A stretch of DNA of 64,000 nucleotides from Octopus sinensis (lineage: Eukaryota), in NCBI RefSeq assembly GCF_006345805.1, contig NW_021834001.1, forward strand, positions 13,836 to 77,835, given 5' to 3'. The translations under genes were made by a program, and so were the position numbers. Below are positions 47,917 to 62,732 of the stretch, in pieces. The notes under the pieces were generated by a model, which was given only the letters and a program-made list of their open reading frames with translations, did not search any database and was not told the DNA's origin. Each line of letters opens with the position of its first letter. Position 1 is the first letter of the stretch.

Positions 47917-50501
47917 CATATATACACATATATATATACATATATATACATATATACACATATATATATATATATACATACATACTTATATACATATATA
48001 TATGTACACATCTATTTGTTTGTGCATTTATATGCATAATGCTGCATCAACATATGCGCATGAGTTTGCAGAAATCCTCACAAACACAGACACACACATA
48101 CACGTAAAGAGTGTGTGAATATGTGAGATCGGGAGTTCTTGCATTAATACTTGTGTGTGATATGTTTCCCTAGATACGTATGTAATTTACTAGAAATTTG
48201 GTGGAAAACCATTTTTTTTCCCTTTCAGAATAGGAATGTTCGAAATAACTCTTGTAAAGATTTTTTTCTTTTTCATAAAATAATTAGATATCGGAATATA
48301 TACATAGGAGTGGGCTGAGACTACGTAAACACTAATGAAAGAAAAATTTTTGAATAGTGGGAGGAAGCAGCAATGGAATTTGTTTGCAAGGGTTAAAATG
48401 TTGGAAATTTTCCCAGCTATGTGAAATTAGGAAATGTATTTTATGTTTGCTTTTGTTTCTGTTTGTATTTTCTTTTTTGGATTTTTCGTTTTTATTGTCA
48501 AAGGTAAAGCCTATCTGAAAGGAGGTTTCCAATACAGATGGAATATTTGAATAAATGAACAGCCTGATAAACAAATAAATTATCGGTAGCATTTTACTGT
48601 CTGCTGGAAATTTCGTGCTTGGAATCATAAACGATATCTTCTTCCGAGTAGTAATTGCCAACAACACTTTATTTCACATACAACTCTGTCGTCTGTTTTG
48701 ACCGATTCAGCTTTCTTCTCTCGCTCATTAACGTTTCAGAACCAAAAAAAAAAAAAGTATTCATTCAATATGGTGGCAGAAACACAGAGCTATTTTTGTA
48801 AGTCAATAAGAGCTAATAACAACTGTATAGTTAGTATGCAATGAGAGATATACTTATAATTTTTTGCCATTATGGTTTATATCAAATGGAGCCTACTTGT
48901 AATAAAAGTTAATAGCGCAGGAGAGACTACAAGCGAACATACACATTTCAGCAAACAGTGCAATAAAGCGTATGAGCTACAAGACGGCTTGAGAATTATT
49001 TCAAAATGCGGTTTTTATTATATTGTTAATAAAAACGTGTCGCATTATTAGAATTGGTTTCTATAATGTTTCATCGAGACACATAAATGAAATACCTACT
49101 CGCTCGCTCACCCACTCACTCACTCATTCTATCGCTCTTTCGCTCTCCTTCTTTCTCTCTCTATATATACATAATGCATAAACAGACTAATATAATGTAC
49201 TTGTAGACTAAATGATTTATAAAACGATAATAGTATTGTATTTCCATATATGACATTGGAAAACTAAATACATAAATAGAATTTCCTTTAATAGAAGACT
49301 GCACCTCAATTAAATTAGTTTATGGAACCAAAACTACAATACAGACCAAATTTATCATCAATTCATTAGTATTATATTTCGTAATATATGTATATTATGT
49401 AGTAAAGGTTCATAAAAGCTAAGAAATTCACGTATTACAAATTCAAACTACTGTAATTGTTTAAAATCTAATTAGAGAGAAGCTGAGAGCAACAGAAAAT
49501 ATTTTTATGAATATATTAACGATGTATATAATTACACGATTTTATATTTAAATATGTATGAATGTATGTATGTGTATATATCTGTGTGTGTGCAAATGTA
49601 TAAATGTTATTATATATGCATGGTTGTGTGTATATATGTATAGAGTGCAATTTAAGTTGTATGATACATAACCGGTGTTTACATACCTATATCTGCTTTT
49701 TAACATCGAAAGAGAGCAGATATAACTTTCACTGAAACATATGTAAAATGGCGTAATTAAATAATTTATGAAGCAAGTCGGCGACTGTGTTTTACACGCA
49801 CACAGACACACATACACGGTTGTAGATCTTTACCATCTTGTCTGATATTTAATCTCGGCATGAATTTAAAAAATTTCGAAGTATTTTAACTGAGCGCTCT
49901 TCTCACTATTGCTCGACGCCTACAATATTTTACCACTTTAAAAAGGTCATGTTTACTCCCATACATACACATAACACAGTTCAACGTAAATACGAAATCC
50001 TACGCCAATTACCAATTCCTCAACAACTTTGTTTACACTGACAGACATAGACATACACTCACATAAACTCACCAAATTCCCGTGCAACCGTTCTCACCAC
50101 CCACGTAACAATTACACGTACACCGATATATGCCTATTCAAGCCCAGTAACCAACACTACCAAATTTACATACATTCATTAATACTCATGAATTTACAAT
50201 CCTTCCTTATGTCTGATTCCAGATGCACAAACACTCTAGCATATGTATTTGCATCCCAACACACCTCAGTCTTTAACTATTTCAGAGGAAAGCACTCCCC
50301 TTTAGTTTTTTATTCTTTAAATCCTTCCCGCGCCATTCGGCATAATTTACTAATTATTTGTTAAGTATTTTAAAAGTTGTCTAATCTTTTAATGAAAAAA
50401 TATCACGCATTTTTCATTTTTCGTCATTAATTTTGTCATTGCAGTGGTTTTCTTCCTCTGTATCGTTCCTTATATTTGTCTACTTTCTACCTATCTGTGT
50501 G

Positions 50502-50578
<77 letters not shown>

Positions 50579-52191
50579 ACATGCATATGTACATATATGC
50601 TTGTGTGTAAGTATATGCATGCATATGCATGTTCATATAAATATATATATGTATATATCCATCATATATATGGAGTGACTGTGTGATAAGTAGCTTGCTT
50701 ACCCATGAGTCTTTGTGGTCAGTGTACGCATGCGTCACTGTGTTGTGCACTGAAGAATATAGTCGGCAGTGTTTAGCCTGCCAAAAAGAAGCTGCTGCAA
50801 GGTAAGACTTTTGTCTCTTGGGTCTAGTGGGGATTGTTGTCTGTGGTTATATTTTTACAAAGAAGGAGTCCTCACTGGATTCAGGATGTTGGTCTGCCTG
50901 CGGTTCAGCAATATTTTTCGCATTAAATGAAATATTTTTTCTCACTGTGAGACGTATAGTTGGGGGCGTATCCTTCACCCAAAAGTTGTCACTTTTTAAT
51001 AGTGTATGTTTTTACAACATCATTTACCATTAATTTACAACATCGTTTACCATCAATTTTGGTGAAATCAATTTGATGACGATGAGTTACCTTCAATACA
51101 AATCCATTTCCGTACCTTGGATATTAAATAAGATGCAACATGCAAGTAACTAATTTCAGTTTGCTTGTATATAAACTTATTTCACTTGCAGTTTAACGAC
51201 AATGCAGTTGATTGATGTAGAGAAATGTTTTGTCCTAAAATATAAATATAAAGTTGATTAATTCTATTTTTTAAAAAGAATTTCTAAAACTGCATTTATG
51301 ATAATTATCAATAAAGCAAATTTTACCTCATCCCCTTTAAGTCAAATGACGGGTTCTGGTAAATATTTAATGCCAGGATGAAAATACTAGTTTAATTTTA
51401 TGCGGCTAATGATATAAATAAGCCAAAAATACCGTTTTTGGCAAAATGTCCTGCTGATTTCCTACTGAAAGTTCTGGTAACCGGCCAACCAACAAACTTC
51501 AATGACTCATTTCTCTTCCCCATTGACACGTCTGGATTCTATTCTAACTTACGTCAACAGTATTTACTACATTTGCGCAACAAACGTATCCTCTGGTCTC
51601 TTTGTTTTGTTATCTAAACATGAATTAATTTCATGTTTATCCAGCTCGTTCCAGTTTTAGATGAAGAAATATAGATTTATGTTTGTGAAATATTCTATTG
51701 TTATGGTATCAGATCAGTTAATACTGACATCAATTTTACGAATAAGAAACACATAGTGAATTGAAAACAATGTGATCTACAATGTACAATTGTGATTTAT
51801 ATTATATTTGTATCAAATTATTCCTTTATGTTTACCAGACATTACATTTCAGTGATACCAGTTGAGTTAATGGCATCGGTGTTATTCTGCAGATTGCTTT
51901 AATATTTAGTGTTCTATATACGGTCATTCTGTTTGATAAAAACTACATCTCCATTTGCTGGCTTATCATTCGACAAATCTAGTAGTATAAATACAAACAT
52001 TTCGCTTATAACCGTAGAAATCATAATTATCTAACAATTGTGAGATACAGAGGCCAAAATAACTAGGTGATAGTAAGTAGTGGTCTTTCTTATTTAGAAA
52101 ATTAAAGAAATAAGCAATGGGAATGAAACCTAGTCTCTTTTTCTTGCTTACACATATGCCATTCTGCGCTTAAGTATAGCGCCATTAAATA

Positions 52192-52545
52192 CTTAAAATT
52201 AGATGGCCCGAACACATAAGCAATATGGAGCTATGGCAAAGAACAAATGAAGTTTCGATTAGGGAGCAAATACTTAAGAAAAAGTGGAAGTGGATTGGTG
52301 GTACAAATAGAAAAGACACACCAAATGTAGCGAAAAGTGCTTTACAGTGGAAACCGGATGGATATAGAAGGAGAGGTAGGCCTAAGAACTCGTGGCGGAG
52401 ATCAACACAAAAGGAACTAGAGAAAGGAGGACATTCATGGCAGAGTATAAGTACAGAAGCCAAAAATTATGCGACATGGAATTCAACTATAAGTGGCCTA
52501 TACTCTGCGTTGGAGGGTTAAAGGCATAAAGAAAGAAAGAAGAAA
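52192..52545 (+). mobile_element. 3' end of an RTE-clade LINE
   Basis: RWPEHISNMELWQRT..KKKWKWIG..ALQWKPDGYRRRGRPKNSWRR..ELEKGGHSW (RTE ORF C-terminal signature), stop at 52521, (GAAA)n-like tail. Confidence 0.85.
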
Positions 52546-53732
52546 TAAAGATGTCCCTTGGACAGAATAATGATATTCATTGAACTAATTTCAACAAAAA
52601 CATTTGGACATTTTCTGCAGCTATTTAATTTCTTCGTCATGGTTTGGTTACAATAAATCATTTAAGTACAACTAGAATTCTTTTTAGTTAATCACCGTCT
52701 TGCAGATTTCCAATATTTGTTAATTGCAGCACTCAATCTTTTTCCACATATGCAAGCTCAATTAAAAGGATTAGCACATTAACTTTGAATTAGTACTAAG
52801 GGCCTTCTTATTCTCGGGTATCTTTCTGGGAACACGTATCTTTGTTCAGTTTTACTATATTTTATTTAGTGGACAATTGTCTGACACACGAATTAATCTT
52901 TATTGATGTTCTTTAGAATAATTATGTTTCGGGAATTTAGGGCTGGTAAAATGGCCCAAAGCCTCATGTAGTTCATGTCTGATTATCTTAAATTCTCTCC
53001 CCATCATTATTTATTATTTTGTTTTGTCTCTTATATGACACATTCAAAATGTCAGTCTTGATCCTGATTTACGCCAGAAGTACTGTAATCTCGACTGCAA
53101 CAACACTTAACCATATTGTGTTGTGAGTGCGAGATGAAACGTTGTAATTCTAAAGAGACAATGTTGATAACGAAGTAAGCAGCGGATAATAAAAATTAAG
53201 TTCCCAACAGCTTAAAGCGTAGAAAGTAATATTATAAAGATTAGCGATCTGCTTAACTGATTACATTCTACAGGCGGATTAAGGAGTAGAACAAAGAAGA
53301 AAAGAGTTAGAGTCAAAGGACTAGAGATAGTTTGAAAATAGAAGTGTATATATATATATATATATATAGCAGTGTGTGTGTGTGTGTATATATATATACA
53401 TATAAATATATATATATACACATACACACATATATATATACAAGTGTATATATATATATATATTAGATAGGTAGATATATGTGTGTGTGTGACTGTGTGT
53501 GTGTATGCGTATATGTGAGTGTGCATGTCTGTGTTTATCTGTGTGAAGCGGTATATGAGTACATATACAGGGTTAGAAAGAGAAAAAAAGTGACAAAGTG
53601 TGAAATGATATTTTTCGCAAGACTTTTGAGGCTTATGTTCAACATGAATCTATTCATACATTGCTCCGAGCCTTAGAATACATAAACGGAGTATATACAT
53701 CATGCGAGCTCCAATTTCGTTAGATTTCATAT

Positions 53733-53881
53733 ATGTGTGGTACATAGCTTGCTTCCCAACCACACTGTTCCAGGTTCAGTACCCCTGCATAACACCTTGG
53801 GCAAGTGTCTTCTACTATAGCCTCGCGAAGATCTAAGCCTTCTGAGTGGATTTGGTAGACGGAAAATGAAAGAAGCCCGTC

Positions 53882-53926
<45 letters not shown>

Positions 53927-54113
53927 TGTTTCCCCCGCTATCGCTTGACAATAGATGGTAGTGTACTTATGTCCCCATAACTTACCGATTTGGCAAAAGA
54001 GTCCGATAGAATAAGCAGTAGGCTTACAAAAAATAAGCCCCGGGGTCGATTTCTTCGACTAAAACCGTTTAATTCTGTGCTCCAGCATGGCCGCAGTCAA
54101 ATTACTGAAACAA
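53733..54113 (+). mobile_element. SINE family B, diverged
   Basis: ccttgggcaagtgtcttctactatagcc..aagaagcccgtcg(TA)n..ctccagcatggccgcagtcaaattactgaaac. Confidence 0.8.
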
Positions 54114-55341
54114 ATTTCCGACTGCAAGCGTGCATATATGTTCGAAATAAAGGGAAATGTAGCGATTACAATCCTAATCAGTACCGACATCTTTACATAC
54201 ATGTTTTTATTACTTACTTTAGCTTGTCACTTTAAGATATATATTTTTAAGGAACTCCAAATAAACATTGTGAATTCTTAATAAATGCTCTTGGATTTAT
54301 CCTTAATTACTTGTACATTTATTATATGCTTTATCGTACTTGTCAAATGAAATTTTGTCTGAACAGCCTCCGTTAAAATAAATGCATTTAGTCTAAAACA
54401 AAATTTCTTAAATTTCTATTCATTAAATCTAAATAGACTGATCAAATATGGCGTCGTTTTCTAGTGTAACTACATTGGGGAAACCATGGTTCCTTTAAGT
54501 CCAGTGTATTTAAATGATTAAGTGGCATAGGATACGCGTATTCCAGCAAGCATATTTCAGTAGAGCGTTTAGGAGGCAATAATTTATAAAAAGATCATAC
54601 TCGGCTGTAAAAATTTATTGGAAATAAATAGTGGTCATTGTTGATATTGAAGCACTAGTATTATATAATATTAAATGTGGCCTAATTTCTAGGAAGTACA
54701 AGCTATGAGACAGTATTATTTTATAATACAAGGGTTTATATTAGTCGGAAAGCATTTGCATCGTAGTTAAAACAAATGATGGCAATATCTTTGGATTCAG
54801 TCATCAAAACATGCATGGTGGGATTCATGTAAAAAGAAAAATATCTCTGCTTTATCTCTTTAATTATTTTGCACAAACATGGGCATTAGAATATTGGAGA
54901 TAAATCTAAAAGTAAGGTGTCCTGGACAATAACAAAAATCTCATTCTTTTTTTTTCTTTCTTCCTTCAGTCACCTTTTATCACGCCTGCTATAAATTTTT
55001 AACGTGTTCTTCCTTAGATGTCGTGGATGGAATGGAGAAGAGACAAAATTACGGATGATGTCAGAGTATAATTTTTTATAGTGTTTTAATAAACGAAATT
55101 TTCATGTTTGGTGAGAATATGTTGGATGTAAAATGAATGAAAATATTATGATCTCTACTAGTATAGTCCAGGTTCAAACGTAGCCCAGGTTCCATAGACG
55201 ACTAAAACTCTGCCATCACAAACAAGAACTCATCTAAAGACTTATGGAATGAATGATTAATTATGGAAAATGCTAATTAACTGCTTTAAGTTTATGTACA
55301 TACATACATAAATATATGCGTACATATATGCATTTATGTAT

Positions 55342-55387
<46 letters not shown>

Positions 55388-55419
55388 GAGATGTGGAACA
55401 CGAGTTGTAATATATAAAA

Positions 55420-55651
55420 AAAGGAAATGAAGAAAATGCTGACAAAATAATTTAAGTAAGGAGAGTGTATTTAATTAGGTGAAATTTCTTTTTACCGGTT
55501 GCGCATTTGTTTTGCTTATCAAAAGATATTTTTTAAGAGAGATAGAGTTCCTTTCTGATAGGAACAAATGCGCAACCGGTAAAAAGAACTTTCACCTAAT
55601 TAAATACACTCTCCCTTACTTAAATTATTTTGTCAGCATTTTCTTCATTTC

Positions 55652-55655
<4 letters not shown>
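55420..55655. repeat. Foldback with ~92-bp near-perfect arms and a 51-bp spacer, between (TA)n tracts
   Basis: 55420-55511 is the reverse complement of 55563-55655, apart from one indel and one mismatch. Confidence 0.85.
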
Positions 55656-55689
<34 letters not shown>

Positions 55690-55690
55690 G

Positions 55691-55800
55691 CCTTTGCGCT
55701 CGCGCGCCTTTGCGCTCGCGCGCCTTTGCGCTCGCGCGCCTTTGCGCTCGCGCGCCTTTGCGCTAGCACGCCTTTGCGCTCGCGCGCCTTGGCGCGCGCT
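55691..55800. repeat. GC-rich 16-bp tandem repeat (cctttgcgctcgcgcg) x6 plus a partial unit
   Basis: Units start at 55691, 55707, 55723, 55739, 55755, 55771. Confidence 0.8.
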
Positions 55801-55899
55801 GGGGGCTTGGTCGGCCCCATGGGCTTGCGTTGTATTGCTTGTGTGTTGTGTGCGTGAGCGCGCTTCGTGTGTGTGGGCTTGCTTCGGGTGTGTTCGTGC

Positions 55900-56580
55900 G
55901 TATGTATACATACATACCCACACACTCGCATGCATCCCTACCCACATACATACACGCACACCTACTCACACACACACATACACACACACACACACATACC
56001 CGCACACACACACATACATACATACACACACATACCTACTTCAGACATACACACACACAGACATACACCCATACACTCACACTCACACGCATACACACAC
56101 ACACATACACACGCACACGTACACATACACACACACACACCTACATACATACATTACACTTGTACACACACACACTTACATTCATACACACACACCTACA
56201 CAGCCATACCCTCACTCAGACACACACACCTACCTACACACACACACAAACACACACAGACACACACCCATACATACATACATCTACACACACACGCCTA
56301 CACACATACATACACACATACATAAACACACACACATACACATACACACACATATGCACACACACATATACTTATACACATGCACACACACGCATACACA
56401 CATACATTACACACGTACACACACACCTACATACACATGCATACACACACACACAAACATGCACGGACACACCCAGACATACATACACCTATACACACAC
56501 GCCCACACACCTACATACACACACATACATACACACACATACACGGACACACCCATACATTATTACATACATACACCTAT
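55900..56580. repeat. Irregular (CA)/(CATA)-rich low-complexity tract
   Basis: Direct reading; source of the long His/Thr pseudo-ORFs. Confidence 0.9.
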
Positions 56581-57040
56581 ACGCTCGTTTCTGGGGCCGT
56601 CGCCTGTCGTTGGGTTCTCCCACGCCCGTCTCCGCGGAGTCCTTTTTCCTTAACCCCCCCCTTTTTTGTTGCACACACGCGCACACATACATACACCCAC
56701 TCACACACACACATTGCTTAAAAATATATACATTACTCTTACACACACTTCAAATCTACTCGCCATTAATACAACTACGACACTGGACACACACACACTA
56801 CTACTCAACACACACGCTGGCACGTTACATAGGCCCCCACCCCTTCCCCTCCCTCCCTTCCTCCTTCCTTCATTTTCTTACTACTGACCACCGTCTGCTA
56901 TGCCTACTACTGTTCGCCCTACCTCACACGCCTACACACAGACGCACACACTAACATATATATATATTTTCTGTTTTTTTATCTCGCCTCACACACACAT
57001 ACACACACGCACACGCACACACTCACACATACACACACAT

Positions 57041-57443
<403 letters not shown>

Positions 57444-58156
57444 TATATATGTATATGCATATATGTACATATTTATCTTTGTAGCATCTCACCTGTTACA
57501 AACTCCCTCGAAAATACTGTATAACATGAACTTTTTTATGTGAAAGATGATATATTACTCTAATATAAGATGAACGTTGTGCTCATGTGATTTAACCGTA
57601 GGGTAAAACTTGACCAAACATTTCTATGACGCAAAACGTTCTAGCGGAGACATTCGAGTTCATTATGTGTATCTCGGACTAAACTATCGATGGGTTACTT
57701 TCTTTTTTAAAGCAGTTCTTGAAACGTAAAGGTAAACATTTATGTTTCCCAATGTTTACAGATGTAAAACAAAAATAATTTCCAGAAACTTATTGATCAC
57801 TTTGACTCAGGAATTGGAAATGTCCATTCTGTCATTGGCACTAAGTTGTGACAGTAGTAATAGTTCTGCATACGTTTTCTGTATACTTATATATATATAT
57901 CCATGCATAGAATGAAAAGAAGATAGAGAAAATTCTTTAACACATCTTTAATTATAAGTTACAAATGTTTCCGTACCATCTCAAATTGCAACGCCATTTT
58001 ACGCAAAAATTCTAAATGAAAAATCACGTAATATCGGGGAAACATTATCAACAAAAGGAACGAAGCGTCGACACGGTGTCCGCACAAAATACCACAGGAC
58101 CCGGGCATACATATGTATAGGTATACATATGTGTGTGTGTGTGTGTGTGTGTGCGC

Positions 58157-58189
<33 letters not shown>

Positions 58190-58588
58190 TGTGTGTGTGT
58201 CTGTGTGAGTGTGTGTGTGTGGATTTGAAATCTTAGATTAATTACCGTGACTGCCATATCTGCTAGAAAAATTTTCCTAGTAATCTATATGTTAAATATG
58301 TTAAACACAGAGACATCTTCAGGATGAGGGATACACTGCAGAGTGAGTGTAAAACAAAAATAAATTAAAAATATGGCTTAACAATATAGGATTTTTCATT
58401 GCTTTGAACATAAGGAAAAAAAAAATCGCCACGGGCATTCTCCATCCAATCATTATATCTCTTCATTTAATTTCAGATATTTTTCCGTTCCCATAAATAC
58501 ATGCACATTTAAACGATATTATGTGTGAGACTGATATGCAAACTTCATATAAGTGAAAAAGCAGAATACCAGCCCCCTCCACACACAC

Positions 58589-58655
<67 letters not shown>

Positions 58656-59028
58656 ATATATAAACATACAAGGATGCATATACGTATATACACATATATG
58701 TATGTGCTTGTGTGCGAGCGCTTACGCGTGTGAGTGTCTGTGTAATTTGCATGTGTTATATAATTTCTTTCAACTTTATCATATTTTGACATACCATCAA
58801 CCTTCCCTTCTCTTTCTTTTTACTTCAGTTTATATATACAATATATTATGAATGCTTATACATTTGTCATGTATACGTACCAAAATGCGTACACATACAC
58901 ACATCATATACGCACAACGCGCAATCACACACAACATACACACACACACAACGTACACATGTTTCTGCCGAGATTTAACACACATGCATACACACATATA
59001 CATATACATACATACATACATACATACA

Positions 59029-59061
<33 letters not shown>

Positions 59062-59283
59062 TATATTATACAGGTGTGCGTGTATGCATGTGTGAGTGTG
59101 AATATGCTTATGTGACTACTTAGAGATGTACATACTGAGATATCTATTTGAACATGCATACCTTTCAGTGCAAGTATGAGGCATACACACATGTATACAA
59201 GCATAGCTGTAAACATACATACATTCATGCATGCATACATACATACATGCATACATGCATACATGCATTCATGCATACATGGA

Positions 59284-59315
<32 letters not shown>

Positions 59316-59706
59316 CATACATACATACATACATACATACATACATACATACACACACATACTTACACGCGTAAAGAGATACAGATATTCAGGTATGGAT
59401 AAAGTTCAACATACCTGCTTACACACAAAATCCAACAATGCTTTTAGAGAAACTAATAAAGGAAAGCACATTTCAATTTTCTGCGTAGGAAGGCGGAAGA
59501 GTTCTACCACATGCTGAAGGTGCTATAACGCATTTTCATTGACAATAGGGTCATCAGAATAACAAGCTGTTTCTAAAAAGAGAACAGTAAGACATTTCCC
59601 CTTAATTGCTGTCTATATTTCACGTTTTTAATGCCTGTTTTATATATATAATATATATATATATTATATATATATATATATTATATATATATAATATATA
59701 TATATA

Positions 59707-60078
59707 GGCGCAGGAGTGGCTGTGTGGTAAGTAGCTTGCTAACCAACCACATGGTTCTGGGTTCAGTGTCTTCTGCTATAGCCCCGGGCCGACCAATGCC
59801 TTGTGAGTGGATCTGGTAGACAGAAACTGAATGAAGCCTGTTGTATATATGTATGTGTGTGTATGTGTTTGTGTGTCTGTGTTTATCCCCTCCAACATCG
59901 CTTGACAACCGATGCTGGTGTGTTTACGTTCCCGTCACTTAGCGGTTCGGCAAAAGAGACCGATAGAATAAGTACTGGGCTTACAAAGAATAAGTCCCGG
60001 GGTCGATTTGCTCGACTAAAGGCGGTGCTCCAGCATGGCCGCAGTCAAATGACTGAAACAAGTAAAAGAGTAAAAGAG
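59707..60078 (+). mobile_element. SINE family B
   Basis: ggcgcaggagtggctgtgtggtaagtagc..gcagtcaaatgactgaaacaagtaaaagagtaaaagag. Confidence 0.9.
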
Positions 60079-60079
60079 T

Positions 60080-60325
60080 ATATAATAAATTAATAAATAA
60101 ATAAAACATATGCATATATACATACATATATGTACGTACCTACCTCTACATGCATATATGGGAACAGGACACCCAAAAAACGTCGAACACAATGAGAAAC
60201 GAAAACATAAACACAAAACCAAGGAAATGGACATTTTTTTAAACAACGTAAAAATAGAGTACAGGACATACAAAACAAGGAAAATTCCCCTTCTTCAGTC
60301 GCCTTAAATTCATCTACTCCACGTT
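60080..60325 (-). mobile_element. Family P2 copy
   Basis: Reverse-complement match to 14312-14570. Confidence 0.65.
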
Positions 60326-60352
60326 ATGCATATGTACATACTTACATATATG

Positions 60353-60388
<36 letters not shown>

Positions 60389-60390
<2 letters not shown>

Positions 60391-60928
60391 TCACGATTGG
60401 TCAGAATGTTGATGACGTCCCGATCTGTTTGACTAAGCCACCTAACGAAACGATTGGTCAAAACGTTGATGACGTCACGCTACACTGGACTGACCATCTA
60501 ACAGGTGTTATAAAACCCGAACAATTCACAAGATTCGCCAGAATCATCCAGCGAACACCCACCATTGGTCATCACAGTTGCTCAAGGTAAAAATGAATTC
60601 CTCGCTCTTTCAGGAACATCAATTTTTTATATATTGACTTCCTTCACCACTTTGATCTATTTTTTATATATCACACCACGAACCACTGCATCATACACTT
60701 TAAACATATAGCATGAACGAACTCACTTCAAACTAATATGAACTGTATGATGTCTGACTCCATTGTGTATTATAAATGAATTTCTTATATTTGATAGCAT
60801 GAACTATCTTTTTTATATATAACTTTTTTTGATAAGGTTCATTTCAGGAACTGAAACATGTTATAATGTATATATAAAAATAAAAAAATTGTATAATATA
60901 GCAGCATTTTCGAACTTTATTTTTTACA

Positions 60929-60930
<2 letters not shown>
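60389..60930 (+). mobile_element. pLTR-like cassette (working family P5): CCAAT/CRE/TATA promoter, splice donor, hammerhead-like motif; flanked by (TA)n
   Basis: acgattggtca..ttgatgacgtc x2 (60393-60419, 60450-60476), TATAAAA at 60509-60515, CAAG|GTAAA at 60587, UUGAUAA..GAAACAUGUU at 60829-60862. Confidence 0.5.
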
Positions 60931-60960
<30 letters not shown>

Positions 60961-61202
60961 CATATACATATATGGGTATAGGATGTCACAAAACGTAAAC
61001 AACATGCAATATGAAAACATGGAATACGAACTTGTTTTGTGATCAACGAAAGAAACAAATGGAAAAACAAGACAAGTAACATAAAAGATGACCCTTTATC
61101 AGTTGGCTGTTTATCTACTCCACATTTCAATATATATATCAGTACTACGGTCGGTGGTGTCGTTTATTCCCTACCTGAAATTTCAGATTTTGTGCCAATG
61201 TT

Positions 61203-61481
61203 CTATCCTTTTACTTGTTTCATTCATTTTGACTGTGGCCATGCTGGAATACCGCCTTTTGGTCGAAGAAATTGACTCCTAGACTTATTCTTAGTAAGCT
61301 TGTTGCTTATTCTATGGGTCTCTTTTGCAGTCACAAACACGGAAATATATACATACATATACACGACGGGCTTCTTTTAATTTTCGCCTATCAGATCCAC
61401 TCACAAGACTTGGTTGGCCCCAGGCTATAGTAGAATACACTTGCCCAAGGTGCCACACTGTAGAACTAAACCCGGAACCAT
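61203..61481 (-). mobile_element. SINE family B, diverged, head truncated
   Basis: ttacttgtttc..gactgtggccatgctgga..gacgggcttct..cttgcccaaggtgccac. Confidence 0.7.
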
Positions 61482-62086
61482 TCTATAGATTTCTTTATAT
61501 AAGGTTTATAGGGTGTTATCTCCTATCTTCTACATGTTTTCTCGAGTTTCTGAGCCTTGTTATGGAGTTGTACAGATATAGGTAGTAACCTTCTGAAAAG
61601 ATGGATATTTAGCTATTTTCCTGCATCCTGAACTTTAAGCAAATCAGATTAAAATATCAATTTCTTCTGTCATTGTGATCAGAGTAAAGTTAAATTTCAT
61701 AAATTTGCTATATTTGTTTTTCCTATCATCATTACTTGTAGAGTGACCAACTCGCAGAAATGCAACATATCTCAAGTGAACTATCCGGTCAGTTTGAAAG
61801 ACCGACCCATCTCACACTCTTTCCTGATCAAAATGCAATAAGAATACAACACAAATAGTTCATGTTGTCGTGTGTCCCTGGTGTTTGTATTAGAAACTAT
61901 AGTACAAATCCTTATTGCTTAATTAGTTTGTCTAATTAGTTTTCGAGCTTTGAGATGAATTCTTATACCGATGTTTGTTTCATTACTGACTATTTTCCTC
62001 ACTATAGCTATCCATCTTCATGGATGCTGACAAAGCATTTGAATAAACTGTCGCCATCGCATATCTGTTTGTCTGTCTATATATAT

Positions 62087-62125
<39 letters not shown>

Positions 62126-62732
62126 CTCTGTGCATATGTGTGAGTGTATGACTTTGCGCGCGTGTGTGTGCCTTTATGTGTATGTGTATATTTTGTTTAT
62201 GCATGTACGTGTGTATATGTATATATATATATATATATATATCTATATATATTATTATATATATATATATATATATTAGCACCCAAAACCAATTGAGGAC
62301 AGTCAATAGAAACATATCAAACGTCCTGGTGAACATTCACGACGTATAAAAATAGTTGGTAATCATAGAATAACAATATTTGTAATTAAGTTAAGCGTTT
62401 TAATTACGTGGAAGTAACAATAATATATCATAGAAGATTTCTAATTTAGTGGATTGAATGACTCATGAATAGAATGAATACATGACAGTCTTAATCACGC
62501 CAGAGACCTTTCTTTTAACAGCCAGTCTATGTCAGTGTACCCCCATTAGAAATTGCCATACAACACACTTCATTTACATACTTTCGGTTATATTAAACAT
62601 TTAATCTATTACACTATAATTATACATTTTATTACAGGTACCTATCTGTTTTTTTTCCATGTGCCAGGTCAGGAAGAATTTGAGCTAAAATTCGTGTGGG
62701 ACGAAACTATATACATTATATATGTACATGAA

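Noticed and set aside
48504-48550. Possible terminal exon GKAYLKGGFQYRWNI*
   Set aside because: AAG/GTAAAG reads equally well as a donor; only 15 codons and no homology.
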